DNA of 63,966 bases, counting the filler, from Octopus bimaculoides (taxonomy: Eukaryota): NCBI RefSeq assembly GCF_001194135.2. It is 4 parts of 3 records of this genome, joined end to end, with 100 filler letters (N's around TTAATTAATTAA, not from the genome) between each part and the next. Parts side by side here need not be neighbours in the genome. Positions count along the whole stretch, not along the records: positions 40,241 to 61,452 come from NC_068981.1; positions 61,553 to 63,966 come from NW_026321832.1; 2 more parts are not named here. One strand, written 5' to 3'. Under the pieces are notes generated by a model. The model saw only the letters and a list, made by a program, of their open reading frames with translations. It had not been told where the DNA came from and made no database searches. Every line of letters starts with the position of its first letter. Position 1 is the stretch's first letter. Position numbers and translations under genes: made by a program. Positions 51,170 to 63,966 of the stretch are shown here, piece after piece.

Positions 51170-51700
51170 ATATAAGAATGTTCCAAAGCATATCGACTTG
51201 ATTATGACTGGGAGATAACAGTTTATTTAAAGTAGTTTCTCCCAGTTTCCACTACTGCTTCCATGCGGCTCCGGAACTTGGTGCATGGTTTCCTCAATGT
51301 GTCTATGAGAAGAATTCATCTTGGCCGCCAGCTCGGCCTTGGTTTTGTAGGCAGAGCGGTTGGTGTCTTTCTCAACCGCCCTTTCTCCCATAGATTGTAA
51401 TCTATGGGGTTACAATTGGGTGAATTGGAAGGCCAGAAATTGGGGCTGGTAAAGTCGTAGAAATACCCCGACAAATATTTCTGACTATTTATGAAGGTAT
51501 GACAAGGACTCAAATCTTGCTGTCACACTTATGACCTTCCAGCAGTAATCTCCTCATATTGACCAAAGTTTCCAGCAGCTTGACATAGCCCACTGAATTT
51601 AGCCTAAAGCCCTGTTCAAGGATGTGAGAATGAATTCTTATATAAGGACGCTGTCAGAATGCCTGCTGTGTCCCTTCCTACTCATCACGCCTTCGTAGTC
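51170..51700 (-). mobile_element. maT/DD37D-like transposase C-terminal remnant
   Basis: SQKYLSGYFYDFTSPNFWPSNSPNCNPIDYNLW; same family as 20180-20640. Confidence 0.75.
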
Positions 51701-52199
51701 TCCGCTGCAGCTGTCTGATCCGAATCATTACGATACAGGTCACTCTTTTCTAATATTCAGATGGCTTCCATTCGTCCATGTCGACTAACTTTTTCTCAAA
51801 TACAACTTTAATCTCTGTTCACCAATGCATCAGGCTTTTTCTGGGAAAAGGAGATATAATATAATTATCAAATTTAGCCCGAATACCCTGTATAATGCAT
51901 ACTAATGAGTTAAAATATTTATATCAGCGTTATTTGTATTACAGAACGTATGTTATATGTCAACGAAAAGAAAAGATCTACTGGACTACTTTCATATTTT
52001 CAATAACATATTATAAACAGAGTTCTTTACACTATACAAAGCTGGTTAAAGTCGATATACCCTCTAGTACGGTGAAGTAATATCATTTAATATCAGAATA
52101 TGAGGAAGACGCAGCAAGTTATTAGTATCAAGTTTCTCAGTCAACCGATATAATCGACGATCTGACAAGGTAAACGCTACTGCTTGACCTGCAAGAAAT

Positions 52200-52392
52200 A
52201 TTAATTTCGAATTTTGGCACACGGCAGCAAGTTCAGGGAGGGGGATGGTTGATTAAATCGATCGCATTGCTCAAGCCCGAGGGGACGAAACGTGAAGCCA
52301 ACCCCAGTAGCATTGGAACTCAGAACGTAAAGACGGACAAAATGCTGCTAAGCATGTTTCCTGGCGCAGTAACGATTCTGCCAACACGCCCC
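52200..52392 (-). mobile_element. tRNA-derived SINE (second family)
   Basis: ggaactcagaacgtaaagacggac...aagcatgtttcctggcgcagtaacgattctgccaacacgcc. Confidence 0.7.
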
Positions 52393-53337
52393 CTTATTCT
52401 GCCAGAAATATTAGTTAAATCTCACTCAGAATAAACTTATCTCAAAGTAAGATTTCTGAAGGACAATGTAGACAAAGGTGAGTTTGGTCATAGGCCCACT
52501 CAATCAGACTAACAAGGGATAAAAAAAACCCAATAAACTTGACAGAAGCAACAACAAGGACAATTCCAATCTCCATCTAACATTAACTGATATTGGTCGA
52601 GCAACCTGCAGTGGTTGTTTAATCTGCTTGAAACAGCAGCCAAATCTCTTTCATACTACACCATGCCGTGTTTTTCTCTATAACCGAAAGATATTAAGTA
52701 ATGTAATTTTAATTAACTATGTCTATAAAGACGGCAAGATCACAACTAGAATTCATTCGGCCATATGTCAGCTGTTGTGTTTTTAACCCCATTTTGAGCT
52801 AGAGCTAACCAACAACAGCTGATATATATTTACTGATATTCGTTACCTGAGCGGATAAACGTTCGCTGATAATCATATTAGCGAGAAAGTGTTTCCAAGT
52901 AAAGCGCCCTATCCAAATGCAATCATACTTACACTGCACCACAAAAGAAGGGAGTAAAAATAAAAGAGCGCTATGACCGCATACATGTAGTATAATATAA
53001 ATAGCAATTAAAGAAACCACCAGACAGAAACGGCACTTCAGACTAATGTAGAATCTCATGTATCAATTCCATTGTAAATACTTAAGAAATTTACACTGCC
53101 TTAACGAAGAGACATCATCTCATGCCTTAAAGCAAATCACTGTGGTACAATAATAAATACACGCACACACACGCACGCACACATACACACATACACACAC
53201 ATCATATACACATGGGCATCCGCACAGTTATACTGATTTGTACAAGCGCTGAAATTTGTTTTGTTACGCATATGTATAAACATAGACAGCGTAAACACAC
53301 AAACACACATATACCCACGCGCACGTACATTTATGAG

Positions 53338-53665
<328 letters not shown>

Positions 53666-55478
53666 GAGATAGATATAAATATATACATATATATATACAT
53701 ACGAGAGCGTGTGTATATGTATATATGTTTGTGTGTATGTGCGTGTTTGTATGAATGAATGGATATGCAATGAGGTATGTAAGTATGTGTGTGCAAATGT
53801 ATGTATATACGCACACAGAGAGAGAAAGAGAGAGTGATAGAATATAGAGAGATAGACAGATACGCGTGTGCATTCAGTATAATATATTAAATTTCATACA
53901 CATGCTCTCGACGCTTATTGCTATACACCTAATCACATAATAAAAGATATTAAATACATATCTATACATATATATGTGCACGCAAATTTGTATGTATTAT
54001 GTGTACGTGTATGACTGTGCGTGTGTTCATATACATACACACACACAGACACACATATATATATGAGTGTACATACATATATATATATAAATTCACGTAC
54101 AAAGACATACGCACACACATATTGTGTGTGTAAATAGTTATATATATATATATATATATATATATANNNNNNNNNNNNNNNNNNNNNNNNNNNNNNNNNN
54201 NNNNNNNNNNNNNNNNNNNNNNNNNNNNNNNNNNNNNNNNNNNNNNNNNNNNNNNNNNNNNNNNNNNNNNNNNNNNNNNNNNNNNNNNNNNNNNNNNNNN
54301 NNNNNNNNNNNNNNNNNNNNNNNNNNNNNNNNNNNNNNNNNNNNNNNNNNNNNNNNNNNNNNNNNNNNNNNNNNNNNNNNNNNNNNNNNNNNNNNNNNNN
54401 NNNNNNNNNNNNNNNNNNNNNNNNNNNNNNNNNNNNNNNNNNNNNNNNNNNNNNNNNNNNNNNNNNNNNNNNNNNNNNNNNNNNNNNNNNNNNNNNNNNN
54501 NNNNNNNNNNNNNNNNNNNNNNNNNNNNNNNNNNNNNNNNNNNNNNNNNNNNNNNNNNNNNNNNNNNNNNNNNNNNNNNNNNNNNNNNNNNNNNNNNNNN
54601 NNNNNNNNNNNNNNNNNNNNNNNNNNNNNNNNNNNNNNNNNNNNNNNNNNNNNNNNNNNNNNNNNNNNNNNNNNNNNNNNNNNNNNNNNNNNNNNNNNNN
54701 NNNNNNNNNNNNNNNNNNNNNNNNNNNNNNNNNNNNNNNNNNNNNNNNNNNNNNNNNNNNNNNNNNNNNNNNNNNNNNNNNNNNNATAATATTTTCAGTA
54801 AACGAGAACAACAAAAAGGGAAGGAAGAGGATAAAGAAAAGAAAAGAAAGTGAAAAGGAAATAATAATGGAGGAGGAGGCAAGGAGAAAGATGGGAGAAA
54901 GAATATTTTATTCCCTCTATGTATCGAGGTAGTTTAACTAGAATTGTTGAGTTGGTTCTTCCATAGTAAGGACCCCTTAAGCAAAAGAAGAGAAATAAAA
55001 ATAGAAATAAATTTTCACATGTAAGAATATGGGAAACGTACTTAGCATATATACCCAAATACAAACATACAAATCGACGCGCTAAAAACTCGAAATACAC
55101 ACAGAAACATCTACAAAAATACGCAATCTTCAATGGCTTATGGCAGATATACAGTTAATTCATAGGTTGTTGCAGGCCATATTGAGGTCTGCTTGTTGTT
55201 GTACAAAACAACTATTTTTCCAAATATGTACTCTACAAACAAGCTGATACTTAGTTACATTGTGATTATTCAAGCAGAGTTGTGATGGAAGAAAACGCTT
55301 ATTTAAAGTAAATTGTGATTTAAAATATGATGGATCGGCAATTCGAAAACGTTCTCTCGATTGCAGTGCAATGATGCCACAAGACTAAATCATAAAATTC
55401 ATCCAAGATGAGCCGATACTAACACGTTCTCGATATAGTATGTATTGTTGCTGCAGTAACTGTTTAGCCTGTGCTCAG

Positions 55479-55537
55479 CTCTGTTCCAATAAACCTTATC
55501 TCTGCTCCAATAAACCTTATCTCTGCTCCAATAAACC
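55479..55537. repeat. 21-bp tandem repeat, 2.8 copies
   Basis: CTCTGYTCCAATAAACCTTAT at 55479, 55500, 55521. Confidence 0.9.
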
Positions 55538-56744
55538 AACGGCGTGCCAGCTGCGACCACTCTGCTTGTATATAGAGTTACATTGCTCAATTGTTCATCA
55601 TTATTTAAGACAGTGTAGTGTTGAGTAATATTATTTGGTTGTTATTTCTAGCAGTTAGGGCGACTACATAGAATCCCTTTCCTTAGTTCGAGCCAACGTG
55701 AGAATCTCAATACTATCGTCGACTTGCTAGAAATAGCAGCCATATCATCCTTTAATCAGTTACAACAATATTTTTTTATATGTTGGTTACAATAGGTAAT
55801 ACTGTCTTCTTAGATACAATGTTTGAATAAAAGAGCGGATGGTCATATAACAAGAATGTCTTTGATTTGATCATACTTCAGCTTGATCAATGATTTAGAG
55901 ATAAATAGCAACCACTAATTGTTGCTAATGTTGGTGTTGCTACTGCTATAACTGTAATAGAGTATTTATGTGAAAGTTTTGTCAATTTCTTTTCTTTCAT
56001 CCTAATTGTTGGTTAGATCTCAACTCAGCCCCGATCAAGCTCGTCTCTGGGTTATGCCTGAAAGCGCAGCGTAACCGGTTGGTAGCATCGAATATGTTGA
56101 ATGGAGTTTATGCTGCTAATTCATTTCTTTGATAATATCATCACACATTGAGAGCAACCACATGGTACTATGAAGAGAATCGTTAGTTTGTGTTGCTGTT
56201 TTTATAGAAAATAAACTACTGAAATAAGTGAGTTGGAGAAACTGCAGGAAAACTATACTATTCACAAAAAGAAAAGTAAATAAATAACTAATAAATATTG
56301 TATTCAGTTTTCCGAAATAAATTTTTTTTAATGGAAATAAAATTTTCTCCACCGGAAATTAAATATTAGATTATTATACAGATAAATATTTGAGAGATTT
56401 ACTTAAAATACATTTTTTTTTTTATTTTGTGCATTCATCGCTGTAGTGACTACTGTGAAACACTTAATAGTTTTAGAGAGTAAACTTTCCCCTAATGTAA
56501 GTGCATGTGTGTGCATATGTGTGTATTAAACAGTACATTAGTTTAGCCACTCTTCCATTACGACACAGTTTTAACATTGGATGTAATTTCACCATTAAGC
56601 TGTTTAACGCACATTTGATTTCTCTGTGCATTTTTCTGTCATCGCACACTAAACCACTTTACAGTTCACACGTATGCAGATATACTTTTCATATNNNNNN
56701 NNNNNNNNNNNNNNNNNNNNNNNNNNNNNNNNNNNNNNNTCAAG

Positions 56745-57470
56745 AAAACCCGAAATTTTGCAATATTATTTTATTCACTTAGTTTTACATGTTTACACTT
56801 TTTTCACCTTCAAAGAACTCTCCATTTGAAGCAAAGTATCGGTTCAAGCGCGTTTTCCACTGTTCGAAGCAGTCCTGGAACTCTTGCGAAGTGATGCATT
56901 TTAACGCCTCTTCCACATCTGCAAATTCCGTAGCACCAGCTTTCGTTGCCAGTGATGGCCTTCGAAAAAGGTCAGGATCAACTTCCAGCTGTTCTTTCAG
57001 TTCACGATACGCATTCAGTCGTGACTGCTTTTGATCTTCCGTAAGCAAAGGAGGTACAAATTTTGCTGCAACTCTTTTCATTCGCAATTCCTAGCTCATA
57101 ATTCGTTGACAGGAGCTCCAGGACACACCAATCATATCAACAACTTCGTGAATTTTTTGTGAGGATCCGTCAAGATCAGTTCATGAATTTCCATGATATT
57201 TTCATTCATTCAGGAGTCGTCCTGGTTGGTCTTCAAGTGACAAGTGACTATTCCAAAAGCGGGGAAACCACACGTAAACTTGTGTTTTACTTATGGCAGC
57301 GTCCTTGTAAGCTGTTTGAAGCTTGACAACTGTTTCGGCCGCCATTTTCCCTAACAGAATACAGACATTCACGGAAGCACGCTGTTCCTTCGTTTCAATC
57401 ATCGCAAAAATAGACGAAGAGAGGAGAGGCACTGCAAAACAAAGACGCACCAAATAGCAGTACGATTTCA
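56745..57470 (-). mobile_element. mariner (DD34D-type) transposon with catalytic domain deleted
   Basis: EQRASVNVCILLGKMAAETVVKLQTAY...VYVWFPRF...SLEDQP; MKRVAAKFVPPLLTEDQKQSR fused to FQDCFEQWKTRL...SNGEFFEG. Confidence 0.85.
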
Positions 57471-57493
57471 CAATGTTTTGATCGGCATGTTGC

Positions 57494-57595
57494 TATTGTA
57501 GAAGACACTTGCCCAATGTGCTACACAATGAGACTGAGCCCGGAACAATGTGCTTGGGAAGCAAACTTCTCATCATATAACCACGCCTGCGCCTA
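57494..57595 (-). mobile_element. Truncated tRNA-derived SINE head (first family)
   Basis: gtagaagacacttgcccaa...gactgagcccggaac...accacgcctgcgcc. Confidence 0.75.
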
Positions 57596-58085
57596 TCCAT
57601 GTATGCATCTATATTTAAAATAAATTAGAAATAATTCACTTTTTTATGTTTAAGAATTGATAATTTCTCATATAAGCAAGAGGCAATGAATTTGAAGAGA
57701 GAGATAACAATCGATTATATGAAGCCAATACTTGACTGGTATTTTATTTTATCGACCTCAGAAGAACAAAAAGCAAAATTAGAGGAGCATAGCGGATGTT
57801 GAAGTTATAAGGTAAATAAGCGGAATAAATACCGCAAGACATTTTGTCCCACTTTAATAATTCTACTAATGCGGAACAGTTAATTGTTTCTAGTGTAGGT
57901 ATTTATGGCAGGGAATAAGTCATTTACATTGACCCAATATGTTAGTAGTCCTTTATTTCATCGAGCCCAGCAACATAAAGGCAAATTTGGCATCGACAAG
58001 ATTTGAATTCAAAACTTAGCGTCAAAACAAATACTGCAATTCCAGTACACGTTTATATTTAAGAATTAATATGTATTTTATTCTT

Positions 58086-58297
58086 GGGCAGCAAGCTGGC
58101 AGAATTACCTCGTAAGCCAGGTGTAATGCTTAGCGGCATTTGGTCTGTTTTTACGTTCTTATTTCAAATTCCACGGTGTTCCACTTTACATTTCATCCTT
58201 TTGGGGTCAATAAAATAAGTACCATTTGAACACTGGAGTCGATATAATCGACTCATCCTCTCGAAATTTCTGGTTTGCTTCCAAATTTGAAATCAAT
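58086..58297 (+). mobile_element. tRNA-derived SINE (second family)
   Basis: gcaagctggcagaat...gcttagcggcattt...ttttggggtcaataaaataagtacc...tttgaaatcaata. Confidence 0.75.
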
Positions 58298-58516
58298 ATT
58301 CATTTTAATTGCTGAAAAGAACTCATTACCTATTTTTCTATCCTCGATCGCATTCTTTACATCGACGCATTCGTTTACGAAACGTCGTAACTTTCAGTGC
58401 TGGCTCTGAACTTTATAGAAGACCTATAAAGATAAACTTAATATTCATTATGGCATAATTATTTCAAGTTAGCTTTTTATTCTCAATATATTGACTGTTA
58501 AATATAACTTCATCTT

Positions 58517-58879
58517 CATTATTTACATTTGACGGATATCTGTCCTCATTTTGTTTGTTGTTACTTCCAGCCTTCATCAGGTGTCTTGGGGAAATTTCGA
58601 ACCTGGGTTCTCATTCCTAAGATATTTTTCGATGTTATTATTTCTATCGTTATTATTATTATTATTCAGGTCACGGCCTGGAATCGAACTCAGAATCTTG
58701 GGGGTTAGTAGCCCGCGCTCTTAACCACTACGTCATATGCCCGTGGGTAATTATGGAGTGAATTTTAGGGCTTATATATTTTCCTACCCTTCCTTAATGC
58801 CGGTTCCCATATGCTACTCATATCTGAACTCAGTCTGTTTAGGAGGTTGTTGTGTCCTCATCTCTTAAATATATAACTG
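58517..58879 (-). mobile_element. Solo Penelope pLTR module (tRNA-like head, (TAA)n, broken hammerhead) with 14-bp TSD
   Basis: Homologous to 46865-47160 with the same 3' terminus. TATAACTTCATCTT at 58503-58516 and 58880-58893. tRNA-like segment 58666-58742 has A and B boxes. Confidence 0.8.
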
Positions 58880-59026
58880 TATAACTTCATCTTTAACAGC
58901 GAAATATATTATTCTCCTCTGGGTCACTAGAGAAAATTGAATTCATCACTGTAAGAATGATATCACATACTCTGTTTTACAGTACAGTACTCTCGCTGCT
59001 TGCCTTTATTGGCGAACTATCTAGGA

Positions 59027-59279
59027 CAGAGTTTCTCAATCACTTTTTACCTATGGACCGTTTCGATTCTTATTTTACTCGGGTGGACCCTCTGAGCTAT
59101 TAGATGTTAAAATATTCTATTAAATTTTTATAATTAAGTATCATTAAGAATTGTATAAAATATCTATTGCAATATTTTGTGCATTGTAGAAGTATAACCA
59201 ATTTACGGGCGATAAATTTTAACTACAAAATTGTATAAGGACAGCCAAGGACCATGTCGACCCCAATCGAGAGCCACTG
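59027..59279. mobile_element. hAT (Charlie-type) MITE
   Basis: Termini cagagtttctcaa...gagagccactg. TSD ATCTAGGA / GTCTAGGA. Shares atggacc motifs with 28416-29200. Confidence 0.75.
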
Positions 59280-60289
59280 GTCTAGGAGAATTATCGCGTG
59301 GTTGTAAATGTCAAGTTCTAAATAAATATACGACGCAGATACAGTAACAAGGCCGCTTATGTCTTAACTGATTGTTTAATGCCTGATCAGCTATATTCGA
59401 ACGAAACCGTGTTCAACAGCATTCTATTCGTGATTATCCCGTTCTTTCACGATATCGGATTAAATTATCCAATGGTGTCAATGCTTTGTTAAAACGGGAG
59501 AAAAATTTGAAGAAGTTTAGTTATTATATCTAGGAGGGCCAGTGAGCATCCGGTGTCCAATAGTTTAAGCAAAACCAAACTCATTATTCTAGCGCAGAGA
59601 TCTTCAATTTATACAGAAGAAAATAAGGTATCACATAACATCGATGAGGAATACACAGGTGTGATATATACAACACAATAATAACAAAGAATCGGAGGAG
59701 AACTGCCGTATACAATTTATCTTATGAACAGTAGGGAAGATTTTTAATTACATCTCGCTAAACTTGCAAAGCTGCCAGAATGATCCCTGCAAGCTAAATG
59801 TATTATCAAGACTGAGAATTAGATAACAATAGTGTCTAGGTAACGTTTAAAACCTTACTCTTTCTCTCTCTTTTTTATTACCATTTTCATTTTTTTCTTT
59901 TGTATGTACAGTTCTTAAATACCTCCTAACACACGTATATGCGCGTGTGTTTGTATATAATCGAGCGTGCACGTATTGATCTATCGAATAATAGAATACT
60001 AGAAATACTAATTTATGATATATAGTATTCTTTTATCATTTCCCTGACTTCACTCACTGGACTGAAACCAAGTAGCTGCTAATGCTTCAAGAGTTTTAGT
60101 CGGTCAGATTTATTTATAAAATCCAATTTTTATCGACCTCCGCGGAGAACAAAAATCAAAGTAAACTGAATGTCTTCCAGAGGAAAGTTGCACCAGGTAT
60201 TTTCGTTTGAGGTATTTTGTATGATACCTCAAGGAGGACACACTTGCGAAGAATCCCCCCAAAGATATATATTCGATTGGCATCAGCAC

Positions 60290-60535
60290 AAACTCTACCA
60301 AATTTCACTTAACTAGGATTTTGGATCGATCTGGTACCGGACAAGGATTCTAGATTATTTTTCCTGTTTTTTACTTAATTTTTGAAAACGGTCGGGTTCT
60401 TTTTAGTATTCTCGTTTGTGAGAGAAGTCAAATTTATTTCAGATATTCTCATTTTAAAAATCATTTCCAGCTAATCGTTGAGAGAGCGTTGGTGTTGCCT
60501 TGGTGGAGGTTTGCGCTCTCTGAGTGTTCTTGTTA
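60290..60535. mobile_element. Probable non-autonomous DNA element with terminal stem-loop
   Basis: GAGAGCG...CGCTCTC inverted repeat at ~60482-60521. Family assignment (Helentron-like) is a guess. Confidence 0.3.
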
Positions 60536-60739
60536 TTATTTTCATAGTAGACGTCGCACAATATACAATATTATGAGGTTGTTGATTGAAGATATTGTCT
60601 ACCGGAGGGTAGACACAAACACTAACAATGTGAGTAACGCTTTCGTTGTTAGTTATGCACTAACAACAGACACAAGCACCAACAACGTGAGTAACGCTTT
60701 CGACCCTCTTCCTAAACATTCTGCAGAGGTCCGTTAAAC

Positions 60740-61071
60740 TTGTGTGGTAGAGCAGTCGGTCTTCTTGGCTCTGTTTGATTCTATGAGAGCGGACAGCAGC
60801 TTGTTGTCAGAGGTCTCACAGAGTTTCTTTCTGCACATTATAAGCTTTGATAATTTCTTGTTAATTATTGTGGAAGACATTCAACATCCAAATACCGATC
60901 ACAACATCCTAGCTGTCCCCAGCAGAACAGTTTTGGGGGCTTGCTCTACTCTCATGTCAATTCCGATTTCTCAATTATTATTATTATTATTATTATTATT
61001 ATTTTATGTTTGACTTTTGTTTTGCATTTGTACAAGTTGGATCCAAGTCTCACCCAGAGACCTCAAGAGAC

Positions 61072-61138
<67 letters not shown>

Positions 61139-61452
61139 GTTCAGTAGTTTTATTTTTATAACGTGCTTTCACTTCATTACCGAGCGCAGCTCTGTGCGCC
61201 TTGGGTATGTGCTGTGGTTTGCTGTGGTGCTCTTATGTTTACTGTATTGAAAGTGTTTTGCGTAGAATGTGTGCAGTACCCAGTAGTGCAATTTTCTGTA
61301 TGTTATATATATTTGTAAGTCCTGGTATTTTTGTTATGTATTTGTCTGAATATTTTTTTATTATACCTAAGGCACCTACTATGATAGGAATTGTTTCTGT
61401 TTTTAGATTCCACATTCGAGTTATCTCTATTTCCAGGTCTTTGTATTTTGTG
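60740..61452 (-). mobile_element. Stack of R4/Dong-like RLE non-LTR retrotransposon 3' ends separated by (TAA)n
   Basis: 61452-61230 encodes KYKDLEIEITRMWNLKTETIPIIVGALG...IQKIALLGTAHILRKTLSIQ*. About 60970-60880 encodes PKTVLLGTARML. 61002-61072 matches ~18920-18995. Confidence 0.85.
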
Positions 61453-61790
61453 NNNNNNNNNNNNNNNNNNNNNNNNNNNNNNNNNNNNNNNNNNNNTTAA
61501 TTAATTAANNNNNNNNNNNNNNNNNNNNNNNNNNNNNNNNNNNNNNNNNNNNCACATATATACACACATATATACACATATATACACACATATATATATA
61601 TACACACATACGCACATATATATATATACGCCGGTGTTTTAATGGTGGCAGCTGATGAAGGATATGTTCTCTATGTGGCCTGCTTGTTTGTTGTACCTTG
61701 TTTATCATTTTGTCTATGTTCTTTTGCAACGTCCTGTACCCAGATATGTATGTACATACATGTACATACATATGCATATACTCATACATT

Positions 61791-61832
<42 letters not shown>

Positions 61833-62889
61833 TTACGAGGGAAAACTTGGATCTTGTGAATATTCCGAAGTCCTCTCTCCACTCTTTGGAACAAATTTTC
61901 CCCACAAATTACTTTATAATTGCAATGTATGCCGTTTCAAAGGTATCTNNNNNNNNNNNNNNNNNNNNNNNNNNNNNNNNNNNNNNNNNNNNNNNNNNNN
62001 NNNNNNNNNNNNNNNNNNNNNNNNNNNNNNNNNNNNNNNNNNNNNNNNNNNNNNNNNNNNNNNNNNNNNNNNNNNNNNNNNNNNNNNNNNNNNNNNNNNN
62101 NNNNNNNNNNNNNNNNNNNNNNNNNNNNNNNNNNNNNNNNNNNNNNNNNNNNNNNNNNNNNNNNNNNNNNNNNNNNNNNNNNNNNNNNNNNNNNNNNNNN
62201 NNNNNNNNNNNNNNNNNNNNNNNNNNNNNNNNNNNNNNNNNNNNNNNNNNNNNNNNNNNNNNNNNNNNNNNNNNNNNNNNNNNNNNNNNNNNNNNNNNNN
62301 NNNNNNNNNNNNNNNNNNNNNNNNNNNNNNNNNNNNNNNNNNNNNNNNNNNNNNNNNNNNNNNNNNNNNNNNNNNNNNNNNNNNNNNNNNNNNNNNNNNN
62401 NNNNNNNNNNNNNNNNNNNNNNNNNNNNNNNNNNNNNNNNNNNNNNNNNNNNNNNNNNNNNNNNNNNNNNNNNNNNNNNNNNNNNNNNNNNNNNNNNNNN
62501 NNNNNNNNNNNNNNNNNNNNNNNNNNNNNNNNNNNNNNNNNNNNNNNNNNNNNNNNNNNNNNNNNNNNNNNNNNNNNNNNNNNNNNNNNNNNNNNNNNNN
62601 NNNNNNNNNNNNNNNNNNNNNNNNNNNNNNNNNNNNNNNNNNNNNNNNNNNNNNNNNNNNNNNNNNNNNNNNNNNNNNNNNNNNNNNNNNNNNNNNNNNN
62701 NNNNNNNNNNNNNNNNNNNNNNNNNNNNNNNNNNNNNNNNNNNNNNNNNNNNNNNNNNNNNNNNNNNNNNNNNNNNNNNNNNNNNNNNNNNNNNNNNNNN
62801 NNNNNNNNNNNNNNNNTATATATATATATATATCTTCTAAGCAATGTCCAAATCTCTATTTGCTGTCCGGCAATATTCATTCAGACGCA

Positions 62890-63180
62890 TTTTGTGATGG
62901 TCGGGCGGGGAAAATACCTTAAGCTAAGCCTGAAAGCAATGAAGTCATAAAAGAATCATCCATAACTTGCAGTAAGCAACATTTATTAAAATAAAAGTAT
63001 TGTCATATCGTCTGCATTTGGATGGTACTCAGGATGATGTTGTATGGAAAGATGAAATGAATGAAAGTGAATCTTCTGATGTTGACGGAGATTTACACTA
63101 CAATGATGCTGACGTATTTATGGAGGAACAAATGGAACAGTTATTTGATGCTGAAAGTGACGTCGAACCAAAGAGAAACT
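62890..63180 (+). mobile_element. pogo/Tigger-like transposase C-terminal fragment
   Basis: LDGTQDDVVWKDE...LFDAESD acidic tail resembles the LDGTEDD..W motif of pogo-family C-termini. Confidence 0.5.
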
Positions 63181-63649
63181 ACCTAGAGTCTCCATCATCA
63201 GTTTGCATAAATCAGGAGCAGTTAAGTACAAGGGTTTGATTTAATAATCCTATAAAAACATTCAAGATGTGAATGGAATCACAACAGTAATGGGGAAAAA
63301 ATGTTGGGCCGCAGGGCTGACAGAATAGTACACCAAGCAAAAAATAACCTCGATATATTTTTAGTGGTGCGGCCCGCCTGATGTCTAACCATGCTTCGTG
63401 CGGCCCGCCTCTGCCTGATATTTGCCAACACTTCCAATGAGACCTGTTGTAGTTAACATATTTGATTCTGCAGAATTATCTCCCTTCTACCACTAATTTG
63501 CTCAAATGAGAAAACCACACCAGCGGATGGTTGTCTATTGTGCTAGAGATAACAGCCTGTATACATGATATATTTATATATATATAGGCAAGACACTCCT
63601 TTTGTACCCCCCCCACAAACACCCGCAACTTCAAAATTTTAATCCCCCT

Positions 63650-63966
63650 CCTGTATTACTAGGCACAGACTAAGAGGGAGCTATAACAGCCCTTTATTAC
63701 TAGGTACAGACCATATAAGAGGGAGCTATAACAGCCCTGTATTACTAGGTACAGATTATGTAAGAGGGAGCTATAACAGCCCTGTATTACTAGGTACAGA
63801 CCATGTAAGAGGGAGCTATGACAGCCCTGTATTACTAGGTACAGACTATATAAGAGGGAGCTATAACAGCCCTGTATTACTAGGTACAGACCATATAAGA
63901 GGAAGCTATAACAGCTCTGTATTACTAGGTACAGACCATATAAGAGGGAGCTATAACAGCCCTGTA
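63650..63966. repeat. 45-bp minisatellite array (at least 7 units, runs off the window)
   Basis: AAGAGGGAGCTATAACAGCCCTGTATTACTAGGTACAGACCATAT starting at 63672, 63717, 63762, 63807, 63852, 63897, 63942. Confidence 0.95.

Noticed and set aside
58666-58742. Functional tRNA gene
   Set aside because: Acceptor and T stems do not pair properly, and it lies within a retroelement pLTR. It is tRNA-derived only.
60611-63966. CRISPR-like reading of the 57-bp and 45-bp repeats
   Set aside because: Eukaryotic context, no unique spacers and no cas genes.

Overview
Eukaryotic, AT-rich, gap-ridden animal genomic DNA packed with microsatellites and transposon relics. The tRNA-headed SINE families and (TA)n/(CA)n/(TATG)n density suggest an octopus (cephalopod) draft assembly; this is pattern recognition, not a database result. 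The only complete protein-coding gene is an intronless, diverged cytoplasmic poly(A)-binding protein (4 RRM + MLLE, 10279-12174, +), probably a retrogene, behind an ACGT/CCAAT-rich promoter. A few isolated splice-flanked exon candidates of unidentified genes lie at 1.5 kb, 8-9 kb (both strands) and 27 kb. The rest is TE debris: several Penelope-like elements (RT, GIY-YIG, pLTRs, one carrying a tRNA-like head and an intact minimal hammerhead ribozyme core), R4/Dong-like RLE LINE ends stacked in (TAA)n, an RTE LINE end, a Gypsy integrase fragment, Helitron helicase fragments, Tc1/mariner, maT and pogo fragments, hAT and fold-back MITEs, many SINEs and a 45-bp minisatellite. Three TTAATTAATTAA-containing 100-nt gaps are assembly joins. 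No CRISPR, rRNA or intact tRNA genes were seen.
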